This document shows positions 57,513 to 64,000 of a stretch of 64,000 nt of DNA, in pieces (position 1 is the stretch's first letter; the number at the start of each line of letters is the position of its first letter). The stretch is taken from contig CAXXXF010000015.1 in assembly GCA_963667175.2 (NCBI GenBank), positions 768,001-832,000 of the forward strand, read 5' to 3'. Source of the DNA: Candidatus Latescibacterota bacterium. Lineage in GTDB: Bacteria; Latescibacterota; UBA2968; GCA-2709665. The notes beneath the pieces are model-generated. The model did not search any database. It saw only the letters and a program-made list of their open reading frames with translations, and was not told where the DNA came from. The position numbers were made by a program, and so were the translations under genes.

Positions 57513-58817
57513 ATGAACAAAGACTCACTCACCATTACGGATAATCGCACCGGAAAAACCTACGACGTACCCATTCTCTATGGCACGTACCCCGAATACG
57601 GCGCCGCCATTCGAACCGCCGACTTGAAGCAGATAAAGGTCTCGGAGAACGACTTCGGGCTTCTCGGGTACGATCCGTCGTATCTGAATACCGGCTCCTG
57701 CCGGAGCTCCGTGACGTTCATCGACGGCGAGAAGGGCATCCTCAGATACCGCGGATATCCAATCGAGCAAATGGCCGAGCGCAGCACCTACCTGGAAACA
57801 GCGTATCTGCTGTTATACGGCGAACTGCCGGCACAACAGCAACTGGATGCCTGGAACGCGTCGGTGATGGAATACGTGAAATCCGAACCCAGGTTGACCG
57901 AACTGGTGAACGGGTTCCGGAAGGGCTCCCATACGATGGGTATGATGGTGGGCGTGCTGGGGTCTCTATCCACGTTCTACGACAATTCGAGAGACATCGG
58001 CTCGGAAGAGGCGCAGGAACAGCATATCCGCCGTCTGATGGGCATGGCGCCAGTGGCTGCGGCGGCCGTGTACCGTCAAAGCCAGGGGCTGGCGCCAGTG
58101 GATCCCGACCCGTCACTGGGGTTTTGCGGCAATTATCTGAGAATGCTGTTTGACGGAACGAGCGCATACAGATCCGACCCGTCGCTTGAAAGGGCGCTGG
58201 ACGTCCTTTTGATCTTACACGCCGACCACGAACAGAACTGCAGCGCCAGCACCATGCGCGGCGTTGGCAGCAGCGGAGCAGACCCGTATTCGGCCGCGGC
58301 GGGCGCCGCCGCCGCGCTGTACGGCCCGGCACACGGGGGCGCGAATGAAGCCGTGTTGAAAATGTTGAACGAAATCGGATCCGTGGACAATATCCCCGCG
58401 TACATCAAGCGGGTGTATAACCGGGAAGTGCTCCTGCAGGGCTTCGGGCACCGGGTATACAAGAATTACGACCCGAGGGCGGCGATCATCAAGAAGACTG
58501 CTGAGGAAGTATTCGAAGTCACCGGAAGGAACCCGCTCATCGACGTCGCGGTGGAACTGGAGCGCATCGCGCTTGAAGAAGAGTTTTTCGTATCTCGCAG
58601 ACTGTATCCGAACGTGGATTTCTATTCGGGTATCATCTACCAGGCCATGGGCCTGCCAACGGACATGATGACGGTCATGTTCGCGGTGGGCCGGATGCCC
58701 GGGTGGCTCGCGCAGTGGAAGGAACTGTTGCACGACAAGGAGCAGCGTATCGCGCGTCCGCGGCAGGTCTACACGGGAGACGATATCCGGGACTACACGC
58801 CCATGGGAGAGCGGTAG
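57513..58817 (+). CDS. gltA: Citrate synthase
   Basis: FIDGEKGILRYRGYPIE, LHADHEQNCS, GPAHGGANE, GFGHRVYKNYDPRA, LYPNVDFYSG. Confidence 0.97.
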   Translation: MNKDSLTITDNRTGKTYDVPILYGTYPEYGAAIRTADLKQIKVSENDFGLLGYDPSYLNTGSCRSSVTFIDGEKGILRYRGYPIEQMAERSTYLETAYLLLYGELPAQQQLDAWNASVMEYVKSEPRLTELVNGFRKGSHTMGMMVGVLGSLSTFYDNSRDIGSEEAQEQHIRRLMGMAPVAAAAVYRQSQGLAPVDPDPSLGFCGNYLRMLFDGTSAYRSDPSLERALDVLLILHADHEQNCSASTMRGVGSSGADPYSAAAGAAAALYGPAHGGANEAVLKMLNEIGSVDNIPAYIKRVYNREVLLQGFGHRVYKNYDPRAAIIKKTAEEVFEVTGRNPLIDVAVELERIALEEEFFVSRRLYPNVDFYSGIIYQAMGLPTDMMTVMFAVGRMPGWLAQWKELLHDKEQRIARPRQVYTGDDIRDYTPMGER

Positions 58818-58843
58818 GAAACGGATCCGTCGCAATCATGAAA

Positions 58844-58882
58844 AAACAGGGCGCAAAAGCCGCCGGCTTTTGCGCCCTGTTT
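58844..58882. terminator. Bidirectional intrinsic terminator
   Basis: AAACAGGGCGCAAAAGCC..GGCTTTTGCGCCCTGTTT between gltA and the TA antitoxin. Confidence 0.75.
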
Positions 58883-58938
58883 CATGGGCTCTTCAGCACG
58901 ATAGCGCGCGGAAGAGCCTCTTTATTTCCTTCCTATCG

Positions 58939-59229
58939 TTATTTCAATGGATGGGTATCCATGTACTCACGCACGGCATTCTTGATCACTGTTTGAAACC
59001 CTCCACCGTGCTTCTTGCAGTATTCAAAGGTTTTCCGGTCTATCGGAATCTGCGCCAGTATTTCGGTCTCTTCCCAATCTTCAGCGCTCATGAAAGGGGG
59101 CGCGTCCGGGTCGGTACGCGCAGCTGCGTTCAATTCCTCTTCCGTCAACACAGCGACCCGATTCCAGTCTGTCTTTGTGTCTTCCGGCAGGTCATCACGG
59201 GAATATCTCACGATATTTTCTTCGCTCAT
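58939..59229 (-). CDS. brnA: BrnA-family antitoxin
   Basis: TDWNRV...DPDAPP, C-terminal RHH-like IDRKTFEYCKKHGGGFQTVIKNAVREYM; overlaps the end of brnT. Confidence 0.8.
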   Translation of the reverse strand: MSEENIVRYSRDDLPEDTKTDWNRVAVLTEEELNAAARTDPDAPPFMSAEDWEETEILAQIPIDRKTFEYCKKHGGGFQTVIKNAVREYMDTHPLK

Positions 59230-59467
59230 TTCGATTGGCTCTCCGTGCGGAAATGATTCGAAGGCGTCTGTTTCGAATGGCATATACAACGTAGAGTTCA
59301 GTAGCTTCAACCGTGCCAATAGAAACGTATCGAATTTCTCCGTAATCTATACGGTTATCGATAATCGTGAAAACGGGTCCATCAAAAACGCGCGCAGCGG
59401 ACAAGAAGCTTACACCGTGTTTCCGGATATTCAACTCATTCTTGCGTTCGTCCCATTCGAATTCCAT
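59195..59467 (-). CDS. brnT: BrnT-family ribonuclease toxin
   Basis: MEFEWDERKNELNIRKHGVSF...DYGEIRY.SIG...RIISARRAN..ERRKY. Confidence 0.93.
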   Translation of the reverse strand: MEFEWDERKNELNIRKHGVSFLSAARVFDGPVFTIIDNRIDYGEIRYVSIGTVEATELYVVYAIRNRRLRIISARRANRNERRKYREIFP

Positions 59468-59521
59468 AGGCTGTTGAAGTCAAAGATATGAAATTGGCCT
59501 TGTGCCGTCAAGGTTCAGCGA

Positions 59522-60289
59522 TCACTCGCCATAGAGTTTCAGAGGGGAAAGCGTGATTAGGGAGGGGTCGTCATCGAGGACGCGGGAGACGTACTCGATG
59601 GTGGGCGCGACGCGGAAGGCCTGCCAGCGTGAGGGACCGACCGAGGTTTCCAGGACAAAACCGGCCGATTTGACGCGATCGCCCATCGTACTGAAATTGT
59701 ATCCGGGCCACATGGGCGCCGGGTGGCTGCGGCCGTAATTGCGTTCGACCCAGAGGGCCTGGTTGTAGTGGAAGATGGAACAGACGTTGAAGCCGACACC
59801 CATCAGCACGTAGAGCGCGTTGCGGTCCACCAGCCAGTCCCACGGCGAGCCATGGCCGAACGCTTTCTCGTCCCAGGGGCTCAGGCGAGGCCCGGCGGAC
59901 CCGTGGGGCACCATGGCGTTCCGGGCGTCTGCGCCGATGGCGGCCAGGGAGTCGCAGCAGTGGTCGCTGCGCACGGCTTCAGGGCGCCGGCGGAAGACCT
60001 CGGTAACGTGCCCGACGTCGGACGGGGACGTGCGTACGTCCCAGGCTTCGAGGCGGGTCCTGTAGGTGGCGGATTCGCCGTTGACCTTTTGCACGAACGT
60101 TGGAACGACCACGGTACCCGACTCGCCAACGGCTTCAATCGCGCCGTCGATGACGGTATCGGCGCCACCCTGCACGTCGCCGAAGCTCTTGAGGGAACTG
60201 TGAAAGAGGAGCGCGTCGCCCCTTCGAATGCCAAGTGAGGCGAAGCCTTTCAGGATATCTTCCTTGTGGACTGTCTTCCGATCTTCCAT
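59522..60289 (-). CDS. AAC(3)/YokD-family N-acetyltransferase
   Basis: LLFHSSLKSFG.VQGGA, GTVVVPTF, FRRRP.AVRSDH, FGHGSPW, LMGVGF. Confidence 0.82.
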   Translation of the reverse strand: MEDRKTVHKEDILKGFASLGIRRGDALLFHSSLKSFGDVQGGADTVIDGAIEAVGESGTVVVPTFVQKVNGESATYRTRLEAWDVRTSPSDVGHVTEVFRRRPEAVRSDHCCDSLAAIGADARNAMVPHGSAGPRLSPWDEKAFGHGSPWDWLVDRNALYVLMGVGFNVCSIFHYNQALWVERNYGRSHPAPMWPGYNFSTMGDRVKSAGFVLETSVGPSRWQAFRVAPTIEYVSRVLDDDPSLITLSPLKLYGE

Positions 60290-60317
60290 TGCGTTACATG
60301 AAACGGACACGAGACCT

Positions 60318-61664
60318 TCACCTGTGCGTCTGAAGCGCGTCGTCGACGGCCGAGACCAGTTGGTCGACGTGTTGATTTTCCATCGGCAATGAGACGCTGC
60401 CGCCGAATTTCCAGTAGATCCCCCGGTTGAGCAGGGCGAAGAACAGCCATCGGTGCAACTGCTGGTTGTCGCGGGCGGCCTCCCGGTAGTTGCGGGGTTT
60501 TTCGGATAGAAAATGGACGCGGAACAGGGAACCGGCGGTCGTCACCCGGGCCTGAAGGCCGGCGACCCGAAAAACGCCTTCGAGCCGGCCGGCAAGGCGC
60601 CGGGTGAGCGTATCCAGCCTTTCGTAGGCTTCCGGCGTGAGCAGGCGCAGGGTGGTGAGGCCCGCGACGATGGCGATGGGGTTGGCGTTGTACGTGCCGG
60701 AATGGGGAATCCGCGGAGCGCCGCCCGTGGGATTGTAGAGGTCCAGGACGTCGGAGCGTCCGCCGACCACGGCGCCGGGGGCGCCGCCGGCGACGACCTT
60801 ACCCAGGCACGTGAGGTCCGGGCGCACGCCGTACGTTTCCTGCGCGCCCCCGCGCGCAATGCGGAAGCTCACGATTTCGTCGAAGATGAGCAGGATGCCG
60901 GCGCGTTCCGTGATTTCGCGGAGACGCGAATGGAAGCCGTTGACCGGAAGGGTAAACCCGGCTGCCGTTGAAAGCGGATCGACCACCACCGCGGCCAGTT
61001 CGTTCCGGTGTTCGTTGATGATCGTCTTGCAAGCGTCCGCGTTGTTGAACGGGAGGACAACGACATTGTCGACGGCCTCGGGCGTCAGGCCGCGTGAAGA
61101 AGGCACGGATTCAGGCCTGTCGGGAGGCCCCAGCGTCCCATCCACGGGAGGGAGATAACTGACCATGGCGTATTCGTCCATTCCGTGGTACGCGCCTTCG
61201 AATTTGGCGATTCTCGTTCTGCCGGTGAAGGCGCGGGCGGCGCGGATGGCATTCAGGATGGCTTCGGTTCCCGAGCTGCAGAAGCGTACCTTTTCAAACG
61301 AACCGACGCGGTTCTTCAGAACTTCGGCCATTTCGACTTCGAGGGCCATAGGCCGCGAAAAGCCGGTACCCAGGGATATCCGGTCCGTGAGTGCGCCGAC
61401 GATTTCCGGATGGGCGTGGCCCAGGATGAGGGCGGTGTTGTTGTTCACGAAGTCGAGCAGGCGATGGCCGTCCAGATCGATGAGGTGGACGCCTTCGCCG
61501 CGTTCGGCGTAGACCGGGTACGGGTCGAAGTGCACGCCTGTGCGCGTATTTCCGCCCGGCAGAGACGCCTGTGCGCGTCTGAACATCTCCCCGGAACGCG
61601 GGTGGTTGTCCATGTACTCGGCAATCTGTCTGTCCAGCGATGCCCGTACGACCGTTGCGTCCAT
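60318..61664 (-). CDS. Class-III aminotransferase (glutamate-1-semialdehyde aminomutase-like)
   Basis: LPGGNTR, ILGHAHP, SSGTEA, KFEGAYHG, LIFDEI, DLTCLGKVVAGG, HSGTYNANP. Confidence 0.9.
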   Translation of the reverse strand: MDATVVRASLDRQIAEYMDNHPRSGEMFRRAQASLPGGNTRTGVHFDPYPVYAERGEGVHLIDLDGHRLLDFVNNNTALILGHAHPEIVGALTDRISLGTGFSRPMALEVEMAEVLKNRVGSFEKVRFCSSGTEAILNAIRAARAFTGRTRIAKFEGAYHGMDEYAMVSYLPPVDGTLGPPDRPESVPSSRGLTPEAVDNVVVLPFNNADACKTIINEHRNELAAVVVDPLSTAAGFTLPVNGFHSRLREITERAGILLIFDEIVSFRIARGGAQETYGVRPDLTCLGKVVAGGAPGAVVGGRSDVLDLYNPTGGAPRIPHSGTYNANPIAIVAGLTTLRLLTPEAYERLDTLTRRLAGRLEGVFRVAGLQARVTTAGSLFRVHFLSEKPRNYREAARDNQQLHRWLFFALLNRGIYWKFGGSVSLPMENQHVDQLVSAVDDALQTHR

Positions 61665-61933
61665 GCATTCCTCGTTGCGATTGCCGCGGGCGTCGAAGAT
61701 GGAGAGGGGAACTTCCGCCCGCCGATTCCTCTGAACGTTTCATAATACCGAAAAACATCACGCCATTTCAACTGTTGTTTGCAGGCTCTGGCGAGGGGTT
61801 GCAGGGCGGAAGGGGTTGACTTGCCCCGGATACAGGTGTAGCATATAGCAGTCCGGATGGACTTTGTCAACGGGCTGCTATGGTGTGTTTCAGTCCGGCT
61901 GGCGTGATTTCGACGTTGGATGGAGGTGTCGTT

Positions 61934-62920
61934 ATGGCGGGTTTTTCGGGCGACGGGTTGCCGCGGCTTACCGACGACCTGTCGGTGGCGAAGGCAGACA
62001 TCGAGCGATTCGGATATTGTCTGCTGAAGGACGCGTTGAGACAGGATCAGGTGGCGGCCATGCGGGCGAGGCTGGTGGAGCAGGCGGCGGCGGAGAGACA
62101 ACTGGGCGCCGCGTACGAAGACGGAGGACCGGACCAGAATTGGGGGTCTTTCCGGGACGAAACCGGTCGGGTGCGGCCGGACGCCTTCACGGCGGCCGCC
62201 GGGGGCGTCAACCAGCGGCTGTGGATGTTGATCAACAAGGGACGGGTGTTTCACCAGGTGTTGTTTCAGGAACGGGTGCGAGAGGTGATCAGCCACGTTC
62301 TGGGCGAGGAGTACCTGCTTTCCAGCTTTACGGCAAATATCGCCAAACCCGGCGGCGTGGAGATGGATCTGCACACCGACCAGTGGTGGATGCCCTCGCC
62401 CACGCGCCCCGGCAGGAAGGCGTTGCCGGTGGGTTCGATTACGCGAGAGCGGTTCGACGCAGACGGAGAAGGCGGGCCGCAGATGATCGCGCCGGCAGCA
62501 GCGGTGAACGTGTTGTGGATGCTCGTGGAATTCACCGCCGGAAACGGGGGGACGCGCGTTGTGCCTGGCAGCCACCTGTTCGGGAGGCAGCCGGACGGGA
62601 ATTCGAACGCGGGGGCGGTTGCCGCGGAAGGACCGGCCGGCACGGCCCTGGTCATCGACGCGCGCATCTGGCATGGCACCGGGGCCAACGTGACCGGGGG
62701 CGAAAGGCTTGCAATGCTCACGACCTTCTGCGGGCCGCAGTTCCGACCCCAGGAAAATCTCACCGTGGGTACCTCGCCGGAGGTGTTGACCGACGCCTCT
62801 CCCGGGTTGCTGGCGCTGCTGGGATTCAAGGTATGGAACGCGTACGGCCGTATCGAAAACCCGGCGGTGGAGTTCATTTCGCCTGGCGAATCGTCGCTGG
62901 GAGAACTGCGGCCGGAGTAG
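61934..62920 (+). CDS. PhyH-family dioxygenase
   Basis: ERFGYC, LHTDQ, NGGTRVVPGSH, IWHGTGAN; GGAGG RBS. Confidence 0.9.
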   Translation: MAGFSGDGLPRLTDDLSVAKADIERFGYCLLKDALRQDQVAAMRARLVEQAAAERQLGAAYEDGGPDQNWGSFRDETGRVRPDAFTAAAGGVNQRLWMLINKGRVFHQVLFQERVREVISHVLGEEYLLSSFTANIAKPGGVEMDLHTDQWWMPSPTRPGRKALPVGSITRERFDADGEGGPQMIAPAAAVNVLWMLVEFTAGNGGTRVVPGSHLFGRQPDGNSNAGAVAAEGPAGTALVIDARIWHGTGANVTGGERLAMLTTFCGPQFRPQENLTVGTSPEVLTDASPGLLALLGFKVWNAYGRIENPAVEFISPGESSLGELRPE

Positions 62921-62924
62921 CGCT

Positions 62925-63188
62925 ATGGCCCCCCGGGAGCGGGTTGAGCGCAGGACCGTCTCGATCCACTGCGCCAGATGCCGGACGTTGCTCTACAAGT
63001 ACCGTAAAGGCGGCAGTGGCGGGCTGGTCAAGTGCTTCGTGGAACGGATTGTGAAGGACTTCACCCACGGTGATCTGAAATGCCCGGACTGCGGCCAGGC
63101 ATTTGCGAGGGATCGGATGATGGGCGGGCGGCCGGCGCACAAGATCATCCAGGGCAAGGTGTTTACCCGGGGGACGTCGAGGCGGTAA
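62925..63188 (+). CDS. Small conserved zinc-ribbon protein
   Basis: CARC..LYKYRKGGSGGLVKC...CPDC...KIIQGKV. Confidence 0.7.
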   Translation: MAPRERVERRTVSIHCARCRTLLYKYRKGGSGGLVKCFVERIVKDFTHGDLKCPDCGQAFARDRMMGGRPAHKIIQGKVFTRGTSRR

Positions 63189-63212
63189 TCCAACATCACG
63201 ACGGAGACGACA

Positions 63213-63752
63213 ATGGCCGAACAACTGGCGACGTTCGGAGGGGGATGCTTCTGGTGCGTGGAAGCGGTTTATCAGGACCTGAATGGGGTGCTGGAGGTGG
63301 TTTCCGGCTATGCGGGAGGATCGGTTCCGAATCCGAACTATCAGGAGGTGTGCGAGGGAACCACGGGCCATGCCGAGGTGGCGCAGATTCGATTCGATCC
63401 TGAATCGGTTTCCTACGGGGACCTGCTGGACGTGTTCTGGCGCACACACGACCCCACAACGTTGAACCGCCAGGGGGCGGACGTGGGCACTCAGTACCGG
63501 TCGGTGATATTCCATCACGACGAGCAACAGCGGGCGGAAGCGGAACGATCCATGGCGGAGACGGATGCGTCGGACCTCTGGGCGGATCCGATCGTGACCG
63601 AGATCTCGCCGCTCACGGAATTCTACAGGGCCGAGGAATACCATCAGAACTACTACCGTTCGAATCGCGCCCAGCCGTATTGCATGTTCGTGATCGATCC
63701 GAAGATGCAGTGGTTCAGAAAAGCGTTTCAGGAACGATTGAAGACGGGGTAA
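63213..63752 (+). CDS. msrA: Peptide-methionine (S)-S-oxide reductase
   Basis: GGGCFWCVE, SGYAGG, TGHAE, HDPTTLNRQGAD.GTQYRS, AEEYHQNYY. Confidence 0.97.
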   Translation: MAEQLATFGGGCFWCVEAVYQDLNGVLEVVSGYAGGSVPNPNYQEVCEGTTGHAEVAQIRFDPESVSYGDLLDVFWRTHDPTTLNRQGADVGTQYRSVIFHHDEQQRAEAERSMAETDASDLWADPIVTEISPLTEFYRAEEYHQNYYRSNRAQPYCMFVIDPKMQWFRKAFQERLKTG

Positions 63753-63756
63753 CGGG

Positions 63757-64000
63757 ATGCCCGACAGGCGGTATGGATTCAGGCTGGCGGTGACGTCTGC
63801 GCTGCCCGTGGATCTGGGGCGCATTCCGATGTCGGTGGAGATCGATTTCGGCAGTATCGCGCGGCAGGTCGACGCCACGGGTGTTTTCGACCCGAATTCC
63901 ATTGAAGTCATCAATGCGGTTTCCGGTGCGGCGGTCGCGTTCGCCCGCACCGAGGATTTCGCCTATGGCGACCGGGGAAGGATCGAATGGACGATCGACG
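63757..64000 (+). CDS. Hypothetical protein, 5' part only
   Basis: ATG 4 nt after the msrA stop; open frame MPDRRYGFRLAV... to the window end. Confidence 0.55.
   Translation, partial: MPDRRYGFRLAVTSALPVDLGRIPMSVEIDFGSIARQVDATGVFDPNSIEVINAVSGAAVAFARTEDFAYGDRGRIEWTID

Noticed and set aside
59522-60289. Aminoglycoside resistance gene
   Set aside because: Only family-level similarity, an altered catalytic motif, and a metabolic rather than mobile context.
60318-61664. hemL assignment
   Set aside because: GSA-aminomutase-like, but the PGGNTR variant and absence of tetrapyrrole genes nearby suggest a paralogue; no symbol given.
1-64000. tRNA, rRNA or riboswitch genes
   Set aside because: No cloverleaf, rRNA-like or recognisable riboswitch consensus seen by eye; an Infernal/Rfam scan is needed to exclude them.

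Overview
GC-rich bacterial chromosome segment. Three PhyH dioxygenases (one fused to HEAT repeats), plant-type LRR, ankyrin and TPR proteins, dockerin/cohesin modules, a PorV-like protein and a FlgD-Ig/T9SS-like C-terminal domain suggest an FCB-group bacterium (Latescibacterota/Handelsmanbacteria-like), probably a sponge symbiont; this is inference. Housekeeping genes include proS, polA, gltA, msrA, dsbD, a UbiD-family gene and a TRAP transporter. There is also a putative glycan-catabolic cluster (about 5.8-18 kb) containing a frameshift-rich patch that looks like sequencing error. The most interesting part is an accessory island right after polA (36.4-52.6 kb). It holds (i) a Type ISP-like restriction-modification enzyme with an extra ~95-aa C-terminal helical domain, translationally coupled to a small papain-like Cys/His protein; (ii) a coupled pair of effector-less STAND ATPases, one with a recently expanded 43-aa TPR array; and (iii) three secreted cohesin/dockerin proteins (Cache-Cache-dockerin, cohesin-dockerin-LRR, cohesin-CTD). 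The island is organised by repeated non-coding modules: a ~200-bp hairpin element, a 35-bp tandem CAAC-N6-GTTG box and a shared promoter. I recognised no rRNA, tRNA, CRISPR array, integrase or transposase. All family assignments come from motif recognition by eye, not database searches.
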